This document shows, piece by piece, positions 42,412 to 55,290 of a DNA stretch of 64,000 nt (within the stretch, counting starts at the first letter, position 1; each line of letters starts with the position of its first letter). The DNA comes from Hypanus sabinus (Eukaryota): NCBI RefSeq assembly GCF_030144855.1, contig NC_082712.1, positions 29,636,001-29,700,000 on the forward strand, written 5' to 3'. Made by a program: the position numbers and the translations under genes. Under the pieces are notes generated by a model that did no database searches, was not told the DNA's origin, and worked only from the letters and a program-made list of their open reading frames with translations.

Positions 42412-43350
42412 ATTCAACGTTTAAAGTAAATGTATTACCAAAGTACATATATATATTTCCCCGTATATAACCCTGAGATTCATTCTCTTGAGGGCAATCA
42501 CTGAAAAAAACAAATACAATAAGATCAATCAAAGACCAACAGGATGGGCAACTAATGTGCATAAAAACAATAAACTGTGCAAATACAGAAACAAAAAAAT
42601 GCATACTTGCATGCATATATAAATAAACAATAATTATCAAGAACATGAGATAAAGAGTTCTTGAAGGTGAACCCATGGGTTGCTGGAAAAGTTCAGTGAT
42701 GAGGTGAGTAAAGTCATCCCTTCTGGTTCAAGAGCCTGATGGGGGGTAATAACTGTTCCTGAAGCTGGTGGTACAGCTCCTGAGGCTTCTGTACCTTCTT
42801 CTTGATGGCAGCAACGAGAAGAGAGCATGTTGTGGATGGTGAGGGTCACTGACGACGATGGATGCTGCTTTCCTAAGATAGTACTCCGTGATAACATAAG
42901 AGCATAAGAAATAGGAGCAGGAGCAGCCCATCCATCCGTCGAGCCTGCTTTGCCATTCAATGAGACCATGGCTGATCTGACCGTGGACTTATATCCACCT
43001 ACCTGCCTTTTCCCCATAACTATATAAAAATGCAACTAGTCAATATACTCTCCACCACACATTTATTTTGTCAAAAAGTTTTAGATGACATGCTGAATCT
43101 TCGCACACTTCTAAAAAGCAGTGGTGCTACCGTGCTTTTTTTGTAATGGCACTTACGTGCTGGGCCCCAGACAGATTCTCTGAAGTGATAACATTGAGGA
43201 ATTTAAAGTTGCTGACCCTCTCCACTTCTGATCCCCCAATGAGGATTGGCTCCTGGACATCTGGTTTCCTTCTGCTGAACTCAATAATCATCTCATTGGT
43301 CTTGCTGACATTGAGTGAGAGGTGGTTGCTGTGGCACCGCTCAGCGCTAT
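42412..43350 (-). mobile_element. Rex1/Babar-like LINE 3' part, split by a short CR1 tail (about 42892-43025)
   Basis: LSLNVSKTNEMIIEF, VERVSNFKFL, LRKAASIV..DPHHP..LFSLLPSRRRYRS; the inserted piece has an (acataag)n tail. Confidence 0.85.
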
Positions 43351-45004
43351 AGCACCAACCTCTTCTTTTGGAAAGATTTTCATAATTTCTTCTAAAGTTT
43401 GTGTATAATGTGTATAATTTATATTTTATATATTTGTATATGATGCTATGTAAGTTGTTTATTGCATATGCATATGACAAAGCTCGACTTTGACTTTGCA
43501 TAGTCCCCCACTAGTGAGCAGGTCACCTAGTCCACACCAGGTATCAGTACATGCTCATTCAACATTTTGGCTGCATATGCTCCTGGTTGAGCATTCCGTA
43601 GCCAATTCATTGCTGGTCTGCATGCAGCTTAGACAAAGGGAGAGATGGGTAGTGGGTAGGGAAATATAAAACTTGAATGAAGCAAAAGGACCAGGGAGAG
43701 AAAATGAAGATATTCAAATGAACATCTGCAAAGATAATGCAGACTTGAAGCATTGGCAATCCCTTGCCCAACAAAAGTCCTCAGCCAGCAGAATTCTTCT
43801 AGCAGACTGGAGATACAAGAGACTGCAGATACTGGAATTTAGGGCAATATACACAAAAGAAAAATCTGGAGGAACTCAGCTGGTCAGGCAGCATCTATGG
43901 AGGGAAATGGACAGTCGATTTTTTGAGTCCTGCAACAGATAATTTGTTGCTCCAGATTCCTCCTTCTGAATGAACAAGATGTGAATTTTATTTTTAGAAC
44001 TAATTTGGATTATGGATTTGCAGGAGACAACACAGGGAGGTTACAAATTAGGATGTTCACCAATAGGATAACATAGTTGGCAGTGTGAAGCATGAAGCTG
44101 GTTCAGAGACTGAAGTGATGGTAATCAAATGATTCCAGAGTTTTCAAATGGTAGAGAATTTATGCATACACTACAAGAGTTATCTCTATGATCCATATGG
44201 TCCCATCAAGACTGTGAATCCAATGCAGATTAGAGCTAAATCATAGGTCGATATGTCCCTGAGCATTTATGGACAATTATCAAGGTTGCCCAAGTTCTGC
44301 TACCATAGGGTATGCAGTAATAATTATTTTATTCCCCCTTGAAGACATTATGGAGAGAAAACCTTGTAGAAGTATGTTATTGTACTCATCTGGCATTGGA
44401 CCAGACACTGTGGCCCGGCCATCAAGTACCTCAGCACAAATAGTGAAAACAAATGACACAATCCATTAAGATATAAATACCAGACATGAAATCATGAAAA
44501 TTCCCACATATAGCCAAGAGACAGTTGATAATAAACAAACATTCATGAAATGGAGACATAAAAGATACCATGCTGGCATCCAGAGCAACAAGTGAAGCAT
44601 AATTTATCCCTTAGTAGGGTTGCCTGTTGAGGCCACCGAGGAAGGAGTGGATACGTGCCACTGATTGGGGTCTGGCTCTGTCTGTCGGTGCTGCTCTCCA
44701 GTGTTCGCTCAGTAGGAAACAAGTTGGATTGTTCTCGTCTGCAGCTACACATTGCAAATTGAGGCACTGCTGTGGGCTGTTTTAGCAGAACATAGCCCCA
44801 GGACAACAACTAAGCACCATAAATCTGCAGGCCATTTCACTAAAGGATTTAGGCTATATTATTGTTCTTAATTTTGTAATTAAGCTTTTCTGCTATCATA
44901 ATTGTATGTACAATATGTGCTGTGTGACTGTTACCTGCTTTGCACCTTGAACACAGATGAACACTGCTTTCATGTGTCAGGTTGAGTAACAATTGAACTC
45001 AATA

Positions 45005-45345
45005 TTCAAACCGGTCCTGTCCTCCCATCCGTAGAGGGAGATGCTGCAGGATGTCCATTCTTTGTGAGCGCACGGTTTGAAGTCACCTGACTGGGGAGAA
45101 CAGTTTTGGCCACTGATTGGATCACGGTCATGTCACTCCAAGAAGAGCCGCCCCATTGACGCTTTACGTCATGACGTAGTGTTTGTGGTGGGCCTATAGC
45201 TTCAGCTTGAGGAAGGCCGGAAAGAGTACCGAGGTGAGGTACGGTATTGTGCTGCGGGGCCGGGTGTCGATGGGGGACAGCGATCAACTATCACCGTGTC
45301 CCGCGATGGCATTGAGGCTCTGTCGGTGACTCCGTATCAGTTACC
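45005..45345 (+). promoter_or_regulatory. CpG island / promoter of TRAPPC11
   Basis: CpG-rich; GTCACCTGAC at 45082-45091, ATTGG at 45116-45120, a GC box, palindrome TACGTCATGACGTA at 45165-45178, ETS-type CCGGAA at 45217-45222. Confidence 0.75.
45190..45233 (+). other. TRAPPC11: Probable non-coding exon 1 of TRAPPC11 (start approximate)
   Basis: Strong donor GAG|gtgagg at 45233/45234 inside the CpG island; the ATG-bearing exon has its own acceptor, so an upstream UTR exon is required. Confidence 0.65.
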
Positions 45346-45461
45346 GTCTCCGAGGGAGGGAGATCCCCACTGTTCGTCAATGTCTCCAGGGTAGGAAGGG
45401 AGACTTTACCCTGCTCGCCCCCAGGGAGGGAGGCTCACCCACCGGCTTTGACCCTCTCCGG

Positions 45462-46465
45462 GGAGGGAGAGAGACCCTGCCCCACTGTCAGTGACTGTCT
45501 GTGGGGGAGGAGAGAGAGACCCAGCCCCACTGTCAGTGACTGTCTCCGGGGGAGGAGAGAGAGACCCTGCCCCACTGTCAGTGACTGTCTCCGGGGGAGG
45601 AGAGAGAGACCCTGCCCCACTGTCAGTGACTGTCTGTGGGGGAGGAGAGAGAGACCCAGCCCCACTGTCAGTGACTGTCTCTGGGGGAGGAGAGAGAGAC
45701 CCTGCCCCACTGTCAGTGACTGTCTCCGGGGGAGAGAGAGAGAGAGAGACCCTGCCCCACTGTCAGTGACTGTCTGTGGGGGAGGAGAGAGAGACCCTGC
45801 CCCACTGTCAGTGACTGTCTCCGGGGGAGAGAGTGAGACCCAGCCCCACTGTCAGTGACTGTCTCCGGGGGAGAGAGAGAGACCCTGCCCCACGGTCAGT
45901 GACTGTCTCCGGGGGAGAGAGAGAGAGAGAGAGACCCTGCCCCACTGTCAGTGACTGTCTGTGGGGGAGGAGAGAGAGACCCTGCCCCACTGTTAGTGAC
46001 TGTCTCCGGGGGAGAGAGAGAGAGAGACCCTGCCCCACTGTCAGTGACTGTCTCCGGGGGAGAGAGAGAGACCCAGCCCCACTGTCAGTGACTGTCTCTG
46101 GGGGAGGAGAGAGAGACCCAGCCCCACTGTCAGTGACTGTCTGTGGGGGAGGAGAGAGAGACCCAGCCCCACTGTCAGTGACTGTCTGTGGGGGAGGAGA
46201 GAGAGACCCTGCCCCACTGTTAGTGACTGTCTCTGGGGGAGGAGAGAGAGACCCAGCCCCACTGTCAGTGACTGTCTGTGGGGGAGGAGAGAGCCCCTGC
46301 CCCACTGTTGGTGATTGTCTCCGGGGGAGAGAGAGAGACCCTGCCCACTGTCAGTGAATGTCTCTGGGGGAGGAGAGAAAGACCCTGCCCCACTGTCAGT
46401 GACTGTCTCCGGGGGAGGAGAGAGAGACCCTGCCCCACTGTCAGTGACTGTCTCCGGGGAGGGAG
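45462..46465. repeat. Minisatellite, about 22 copies of a 45-bp unit, with degenerate copies on both sides (about 45340-46620)
   Basis: Unit GAGACCC(T/A)GCCCCACTGTCAGTGACTGTCT(CC/GT/CT)GGGGGAGG(AG)n, counted directly. Confidence 0.97.
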
Positions 46466-46949
46466 GGATACCTTGTTGTCTATCTCTTGGGGGGAGGATG
46501 GGTGATTCTGCCCCACTGTCAGTGGTCATTCCCAAGAGTTAGAAAGTGGGGCTATTCCCCACTGTCATTGACCTTGTTGGGGGAGGAAGGGAGACAGACC
46601 CTGCCCCACTGTCAGTGACCTTCTCTGGCATAAGGGAGTGAGGCTAGTTCATTATGTTACTTCTCTTGAGGGTGGAATGAGCTTGAACCCTGTTATTAAT
46701 AACTGTCTCTTGACTTGGGACTGGCATTGTCCCTCGATTGATGACAGATTCAGCCCTGTTAGAATACAGTTGTATAACCATGCCTCATTTGTGATTCTGA
46801 CTGTGGGACTGGTATTTTGTTCTTAAAACTCTCCACTCTGCTTGTCTTTTTTTCCCCTCTAGAAAACTATCTTTAAAATCACAATGGAACTGTGCTTTGT
46901 GTCACTAGTCCTAATAACCATCTGTCATGTTGCTAATGCTTAATTTAGA

Positions 46950-48170
46950 GCATGAGGCATAGAACAGTAGAGCATGGCGACAGGCCCTTTAGCCCACAAT
47001 GTTGTGTGGAGTGTCTAAAAAGAAAATCAACACCTCCTTCCCAAAAATTAATCCCTTTTACTTGCACAATGTCCATATAGCTCCATCTTCCTTGTATCTG
47101 AGTACCTATCTAAATGTCTCCTAGAAGTCTATAATGTATTTATGTTTACCCACATACTGGGCAGTGCATTCCAGACTTTCACCACTCTGAGTAAAATAAC
47201 TTGCCCCTCACATCCCCTTTGAATGTACCCCATCTCACCTTCAATTCAATGCCCTCTGGTGTTGGACATCTCTACTCCAGGAGAAAGATGCTCCCTGTTT
47301 ACTCTCTCCATGCCTCTCATAATCTTGTAAACCTCTATCAGATCTCCCCTCAGCCTCTGCTGCTCCAGAGAAAACAACCCAAGTTCGTCCAGCTCTCATG
47401 ATAGCATATGCTCTCTAAACCAGGCAGCATTTTGGTAAACTTCTTCTGCACCCTCTCCAAAGCCTCAACATTCTTCCTATAGTGGGGCAACCAGAACTGC
47501 ATGCAATACTCCAGATGCAGCCTAACTAGAGTTCCATAAAGTTACAACATAACCTTTTGACTTTTGAACTCAATGCCTCAACTAATAAAAGCAAAGCATC
47601 CTATTAACCTTCTTAACCACCCTATTGACCTGTGCAGCCACTTTCATATGGAGCTATGAACTTGGACCCCAAAATCTCTCTGCTCAGCAAGACTGTTAAG
47701 GATCTTTCTCTTAACTATGCACTGTTTCCTTTCATTTGCCCTACCAAGGTGCAGCACCTCACATTTATCTGAGTTAAATGTTAGAGCTCTTAAAGATAGC
47801 GGAGTCAAGGGATATGGGGAGAGGGCAGGAACGGGGTACTGATTATGGATGATCAGCCATGATCACAGTGAATGGCGGTGCTGGCTTGAAGCACCGAATG
47901 GCCTACTCCTGCACCCATTGTCTATTAAATTCCACCTGCTATTGCTCTGTCCATATTTGCAACTGATCTGTATTGTGCTATATTCTTTGCCAGTCTTCTA
48001 CACTATCCAGAATTCCACTGATCTTGGTATCACCTGAAAACTTACTAACCCACCCATCTACATTTTCATCCAGGTCATTTAAATCACAAATAGCAGAGGT
48101 CCCAGCACAGATCCCTGAGGAACATCACTAATAATGGACCTTTAGCTCAATTAAGTCCATTCATTTGATA
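46950..48170 (-). mobile_element. CR1 LINE 3' fragment (with a small plus-strand CR1 tail at about 47780-47927)
   Basis: Antisense RT-end sequence (ccagaactgcatgcaatactccagatgc) and 3' hairpin region. Confidence 0.8.
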
Positions 48171-48401
48171 GCTGTTTGTAAAATATTTGGGATATTGTAA
48201 CATTATGCTAAAGGTGGTATGTAAATGCAAAATATTGCTATTTTGTAATATGTTGGCATTGTGCCTTCATAATGGATATTAAATCGTAGTTGAGCTTAAA
48301 TAACTGAAACCTGTGGGCAATTAATTAAGAAATAGAGAAGTTCAATGTGGCAATCCTGTCAAAAAAATTGAAGTGAAACTGCAAAAACTTCCATGCATTT
48401 G

Positions 48402-48462
48402 TAAAAAGGAAAAGAACTAAAAAGGAAAAGAACTAAAAAGGAAAAGAACTAAAAAGGAAAAG
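48402..48462. repeat. 16-bp tandem repeat (taaaaaggaaaagaac) x about 3.8
   Basis: Direct reading. Confidence 0.9.
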
Positions 48463-49324
48463 TTAATGCTCTCTACAGATGGAGACTGAAGGACTCGTAT
48501 TGAGGAATAACAAAGCAACAGACAAATATTTTTTATTAAAAATTTCCAGAAAAACTTAGTAGCTTCGGTCTCCATTTTGAATATTTTCCATCTGGTTTTC
48601 ACAGAGGAAGTCCACAACAAAACTCTCCAATATTGGTGAACAACAATTCTGGGGTGAAAGAAATTAACCTGAGATTAACAGAAAGCATTGGTGGAGTTGA
48701 TGTCCAACATGCAAGATTTTGAAAGAGATAGCAATGCTTTCCACAGATTGTATTATAACAAATATAACCATGGTACTTTCAAAAAAAGGGGCAGGGCAGG
48801 TGAGATAGAGGGAGAAAATGGGGAACTGTAGACCATTTCAACCAGATGTTGGTAGTGGTGGAAATGCTGCAGTTTGTTATTTAAGGAAGTGGTAACAGGG
48901 CATTCAGTAATAGCTCTGGCACAGCTAACATGGAATTATGAAAGAAATTGTCTTTGACTGATCTGTTAGTTTATTTGAGGTTGTAGCTAGCAGAATGGGT
49001 GAGCTAGTGGGTGTGGTGTAATTGGACTTTGAGGTGCCACGCAAGGGGTTACAAATCAGAATTGGAATTCTTAAGATTTGGGGTACTATTTGGATTAAAA
49101 GAAAGAAGCCGAGAGTGAGTGTTAGCTCATTTTCAGTTTGAGGCTTGGAATAGCAGAGTACAGCTGGCATCCACGCAATGGTCCTAGCTCCTTACGTTTG
49201 ATGTTAGCGTTTTGGATTTGTGGACCCAAGTTTGCTGATGATACAAAGCCGGGTGGCAACATGAGTAATAAGGAACAGGATGTAGGGAAGTTAAGGAGAT
49301 GCAGGTAGACCAAATAAATTATCT

Positions 49325-52140
49325 AGAATAGAGTCATAGAAACGTGCTGCAGCACAGAATCAAGCGCTTTGCCCCATCTCGTCCATGCCAACCCATTTAA
49401 ACCTCTTATTCCCATTGACCTGCAGCAGGAACATAGCCCGCCATATCCCTACCATCCAGGCAGCTACCCAAACTTATCTTAATCATCAAAATCGAGTTTG
49501 CATACACCACTTACACATGACCCTCTTAGTGAAGGAGTTTTTCCTCATGTCACCTTTAACCCATGACCTTTGGCTGTAGGGTTCACACAGGCTCAGTGGA
49601 AAAGAGCCTGCTTATATTTACCCTATCTGTACCCTTCATAATTTTGTATATATCTATTAAATCTCCTCTTGGTCTTCTATGTTCCAAGGAATGAAGTCCT
49701 AATCCGTTTAATATTTTCTTATAATTCAGGTCCTCTAGACCCAGCAACATCCTTGTAAATTTTCTCTGTACTCTTTTAATCTTATTTACATTTTTCCTGT
49801 AGGTACATAACTAAAACTGCACACAATATTTCAAGTTAGACCTCACCAATGTCTTCGATATAACATCCCTTCTGTTGTACTCAATATTTTGATTTATGAA
49901 GGCCAGTGTGTCAAAAGCTTTCTTTAGGATCCTATCTTCCTCTGACACCACTTCCAACAAATTGTGGACCTATATTTTCAGATCTATTTGGTCTACCACT
50001 CCCCCCATTGCCCTATCATTCACTGTGTAGAACCTATCCTGCTTGGTCCTACTATAGTGCAATACCTCACACTTGTCTGCATTAAATTCCATTTGCCATT
50101 TTTCCTCCCACTTTTGCAGTTGGTCCAGATCTGATTGCAAGCCATGATAGCCATCCTCGCTGCCCACCACACCCCCAATCTTGGAGTCATCCGTAAATCT
50201 GTTGATCCAATTAACCACATTATCATCCAGATCATTGATGTAGATGACAAGCAACAATGGACTCAGCACCATCCCTGCAGCACTCCACTAGTCACAGGCC
50301 TGCAGTCAGAGAGGCAACTATCCACTACCACTCTCTGGCTTCTCCCACAAATCCAGTATATAATCTAATTTACTACCTCATTTTGAATGCCAGGTGACTG
50401 AACCTTCTTGACCAACCTTCCATGTGGGATCTTGTCAAGTGCCTTGTTAAAAGTCCATGTAGACAACATCCACTGCCTTCATCAATTTTCCTGGTAACTG
50501 CCTTCAAAAACACTATAAAATTGGTTAGACAAGACCTACCATGTACAAAACCATGCTGACAATCCTTAATCAGTCCATGTCTTTCCAAATACTTATATAC
50601 CTGGTCCATCAGAGTACCTTCCAATAATTTCCCACAACTGATGTCAGAGTCACTGGCCTATAATTTCCTGGTGGTTTATTTTGAAAGCCTTGAATAGTGG
50701 AACAACGTTGGCTATCCTCCAGTCCTCTGGTACCTCATTTAATTTAATTATCTCTGCTAGGGTCCCAGCAATTTCTGTACTTGCCTCCTGCAGGATCTGA
50801 TGGAAAGCCTTGTCAGATCATTGAGATTTATTCACCCTAATTTGCCTCAGGACAGCAAACATCTCCTCCTCTGTAATGTATAAAGGGTCCATAAAGTTGA
50901 TGCCGTTTACCTCGCTTCAAAAGACTCTTGTGTCTGTATCCTGAGTAATTACAGATGCAAAAAATTATTTAAGACCTTCCCCCATTGTATTTGGGTCTAC
51001 ACATACAGTACCATTCTGATCTACCAGAGGACCAATTTTGTCCCTTGCAATCCTTTTGCTCTTAACATATCTGTAGATTCCCTTAAGATTATCCTTCACC
51101 TTGTCTGCTAGGCCATCCTCATGCCTGATTTCTTTGTTAAATGTTCTCTTGCATTTCTTCGGCACACCATTTGATCCCACCTGCCTATACCTATTATGCA
51201 CTTCCTTTTTCCCCTTAACCAGGGCCTCAATATCTCTTGAAAACCAAGGTTCTCTACACCTGTTATCTTTAGCTTTTATTCTGACGAGTGCATACAGGCT
51301 TTGTACTCCCAAAATTCCAATTTTGAAAGCCTCGCATTTACCAAGTACACTTCTGTCAGTGAACAGCCAGTCACAATCCGCACTTGCGAGATCCTTTCTG
51401 ATACCATCAAAATTGGCCTTTCTCCAATTTACAGTCTCAACCCACAGACCAATCCTATATTTTTGCATATTTGAAACTAATGACATTGTACTCACTAGAT
51501 GCAAAGTTACACAACCTCTGGCACCTGCCATGTCTCATACCCTAATAGGAGGTCAAGTATCATACTCTGTCCTTGGGATTTCTTTGTACCTATTAAGGAA
51601 ACTTTCCTGAATATATTTGACAAACTCTACCCCATCTAGTCCTTTTACAATATGGCAGTCTCAGTCAGTATGTAGAAAGTAAAAATCACCTACTATAGCA
51701 ACCTCACAGACACAAAATACTGGAGGAAGTCAGCAGGCCAGACAAGTTCCCCAGTCTTTCCTAACTGAGCACTGCTCCCGACTAGTAACACCCCCCCCCC
51801 CCCCAATCCCTCCTGCTCGGTCGCGTCTAAAATAACAGAACTCTTGAATATTCAGCTGCCAGTCCTGCCCCTCCTGCAGCCAAGTCTCACTAATGGCTAC
51901 AATATCCTAATTCCAGGTGTTGATCCATGCCCTGAGCTCACCTGCCTTTTCTATGATACTTCTTGCATTGAAATATACACAGCTCAGGATACTATTCGCA
52001 CTGTGCTCAAAACTTTTGGTTCCTGACTTTGTCTGAGGTCTTAACAACATCTGCTTCCACAACCTCTCTACTAAATGTTCTGGCACTCTGGTTCTCATCT
52101 CCCTGCCAATCGAGTGTAAACCCCACCATGCAGCACTATC
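49325..52140 (-). mobile_element. CR1 LINE ORF2 (from endonuclease start to 3' end), decayed
   Basis: LSCVYFNARSI, NWRKANFDGIR, QHGFVHGRSCLTN, IYINDLDD, RFTDDSKIGG. Confidence 0.9.
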
Positions 52141-52789
52141 AGCTCAAAATATAATGTGGGGGTCATCCGCATTGAGAGGAAAAATAGAAAAGGGAAGTTT
52201 TTAAATGTTGAGATGCTGAAATGAATTGATATTCAGAGGCATTGGCATGTCCTTGAATGCAAGTCACTGGAAGTTGATGTACTGGTAATGGTATATTAGA
52301 AAAGGAGGCAAATGGTAATGTTAACTTTCATTGCAAAAATTCTGGGCTCTCAGCTAAAGTGCTTGCTCTACAAATGTGCTATTTAGGCTCTGAGCCAGAT
52401 ACATCCTGGATGACAGCTCCATCTCTCATGTATTGTGGCATACAGCAGAAGTGCTTTGAACTGGATTTGAATTAACTCAAGGAAACTCCGTTCAATTTCC
52501 ATGATAATGCTTTTATCTCTTTGCCATTGCTGCTACATAATTTAGAAATGGTATGGATCAACGATGTACTTTCTTTACTAAGATGTGCTTGAGCAACAAA
52601 TATTGAGATGTATATTCTACTGAATGTGCTCCTTGCCTAATGAAATTTCATATTCTGGAGATGGGTTAATGTTGGTCCTTGAGTCAGCTGCAATTGCTAA
52701 CATCCCTCTATGGCTTTCCTACCCACTTATTTGTCATTAATAGAGTTACGTTAATTCTTATTTTAGGTTGACTGCTATTAATCTGGAAA

Positions 52790-52993
52790 ATGAGGTCAGC
52801 ACAGTGGGACTTTCCTTTGGAGCTTTGTTGCCGGCCCATGGCTTTTGTAGCTCTCACGGGCCTTGATGTGACCTATAATGCCGTACATCGAGCCATTTGG
52901 GATGCATTTTGTGCCAATAGACGGGCTGACAGGGTTCCAATATCATTTAAAGTACTTCCTGGAGATCATGAATACCCAAAATGCAGACCAAAG
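52790..52993 (+). CDS. TRAPPC11: Trafficking protein particle complex subunit 11, first coding exon (exon starts at 52767)
   Basis: [52 protein letters not shown] matches the TRAPPC11 N-terminus; acceptor ttttag at 52766, donor gtaaga at 52994. Confidence 0.97.
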
Positions 52994-53089
52994 GTAAGAA
53001 TCTTTCTAATAGTGTCTGCCTTTTATATATTACAAGATTGTGAGTTTGGCTTATTTAGTAAAATTGAGTCTTACGTAAAAAGATAAAGA

Positions 53090-53370
53090 TACGATTAAAA
53101 TTAACTTTATCACATGTACATTGAAACCTACAATGAAATGCGCTGTTTTGCATCAATGTCCAACACAGTCCATGGTGTGCTCAGGGCAACGTGCATGTGT
53201 TGCTATGCTTCCTTCCAGTGCCAACATAGCATGCCCACAATTAACTAATCCAAGTTCCTAGTCTGAAGTTTTTGGAATATGGTAGGAAATTGAAGCACCT
53301 AAAGGAAACCCACACAATCATGGGGAGAACATACAAACAAATTACAGACAGTGGCAGGAATTGATCCAGA
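53090..53370 (-). mobile_element. V-SINE (HE1-like)
   Basis: Antisense V-domain-like core gaagcacctaaaggaaacccacacaatcatggggagaacatacaaac. Confidence 0.6.
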
Positions 53371-53797
53371 TCTTACAGGCTGTTAATGTATGGCTTTATT
53401 GCAGGAAGTAACATTGACAATTTCCTTCTTTTCATTTCCCAAATGTACTCGTCATGCACTTTAACTCCTGCAGTTGGACATTATCCAACTCACTCATTGG
53501 CCATATCCCAATGACCCAAAATGTTAGCTATCCTGCTGCAAATGTGGATGCTGCTTGAACTGCTGAATACTTCTAATTTATTTTGTTTGATGTGGATTCT
53601 AGCATCTGCTGTCTCTAGTGTCTCAACGTTCCAGACAGTCCAGCATGTGGACTTTGAGGTGGGAGGGAGTGGGGAGAAAGGTGCAATGAGATGGTGGCTT
53701 TAAGGACTCTGGCTGAAGGCAAATAGAAGAACTCCTGAAGAAATTAAGTCAGCAATCATCTTGGAGACAGTGGCTTTTTATGTAATATTATAGTGTA

Positions 53798-54355
53798 CAT
53801 TCAGTGGCCACTTTATTAGGTACACATGTACACTTGGTCATTAATTCAAATATCTAATCAGCCAGTAACATGACAGCAACTCAGTGCATAAAAGCATGCA
53901 AACTTGGTCAAGAGATTTAGTTGTTGTTCAGACCAAACATCAGAAGGAGGAAGAAACATGATCTAAGTGACTTGGATTGTGGAGTGATTGTTGGCGCCAG
54001 ATGCAGTGGTTTGTGTTTCTCAGAAACTGCTCATCTCCTGGGATTTTCACACAACAGTTTACAGAGAATGGTGTGAAAAACAAAAAAAAAACATTTAGTG
54101 TGTGGCAGTTCTATGGATGAAAGCACCTTGTTAGAGAGTTCAGAGGAGAGTAGCAGGCTGATTCAAGTTGACAGGAAGGCGATGGTAGCTTAGATAACCA
54201 CGGATTACAATAGTGATGTGTAAAAGAGCATCTCTGAGCATGTAACACATCAAACCTTGAAATGGATAGGTTACAGCAGCAGAAGACTATGAACATACAT
54301 TCAGTGGCCACTTTATTAAGTAAAGAAGGTATCTGAATAAAGTGGCCCCTGAGTG
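53798..54355 (+). mobile_element. Internally deleted Tc1 derivative with three TIR copies
   Basis: TA-cattcagtggccactttatta ... aataaagtggcccctgagtg-TA; extra left TIR at 54298. The interior is a decayed transposase N-terminus (DLSDLDCGVIVGAR..SETAHLLGFSH..LKWIGYSSRR). Confidence 0.88.
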
Positions 54356-54611
54356 TATTTAGTCCTTGATTCAGTGGGTGGTATCAGTAAGTAACAGCTA
54401 GCTTCACTTTGCTGACCCACCATTGAAATGTCATCATCAGCAGGTTTGATGACAATGTGTGTTTGGCATGAACTTTGAATTTTTTAACTACGGGTGACCA
54501 TTCCCCTCTTATCCTCTCCGCCTGACCCCATGCTTGTTCTTCTCCTTGTCTCATGGCTCTCCATCATCGTATCATGTTATCCACTCCAACTCTCCCCATC
54601 TGCCCATCACC

Positions 54612-55290
54612 CAGAATCAGGATCAGAACCAAGTTTAATATCAATAGCCTACATCGTGAAACTCGTTAGAACATTTAACTTAGGGGCAGCAGTACATTGC
54701 AATACATGATAAGTAGAGAGAAAAAAATCAATTACAGTAAGTATACATATGTATATTAAATAGTTAAATTAAAAAGTAGTGCAGAAACAAAAAAAAACGT
54801 GAGGTAGCGTTCAAGGGTTCAATGTCAATTTAGAAATCTGAAGACAGATGGAAAGAAGTTGTTACTGAGTCACTGAGTGTGTATCTTCAGGCTTCTATAC
54901 CTCCTTCCTGTTGGTAAAAATGAGAAGAGGACATGTCCTGGGTAATGAGGGTCCTTAATAATGGCAGCTGCCTTCTTGAGGCATCGCTCCTTGTAGATGT
55001 CTTGGATACTACAGAGGTTGATACCCATGATGGAGCTGACTAATTTTACAACCTTCTGTACCTTCTTATGATCCTGTGCAGTGACCCACCCCAGTGATGC
55101 AGCCTGTCAGAATGCTCTCCACCATACATCTGTAGGAAATTTAGAGTGTTTCAGGTGACAAACCAAATCTCCTTAAACTCATAGTGAAATGTAGGTGCTG
55201 TCTTGACTTCTTTATAGCTGGCTTGATATATTGCAACCAGGTTTGATCAACAGAGATATTGACACCCAGGAACTTGAAATTGCTTCCATT
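54612..55290 (-). mobile_element. Rex1/Babar-like LINE 3' part
   Basis: (cagaat)-type tail and antisense RT-end sequence similar to 37323-38312. Confidence 0.75.

Noticed and set aside
45435-46542. Long repetitive ORFs on both strands and a CRISPR-like repeat appearance
   Set aside because: These are translations of a 45-bp tandem repeat. The variable parts are (GA)n length changes rather than unique spacers, there are no cas genes, and the context is a eukaryotic intron.
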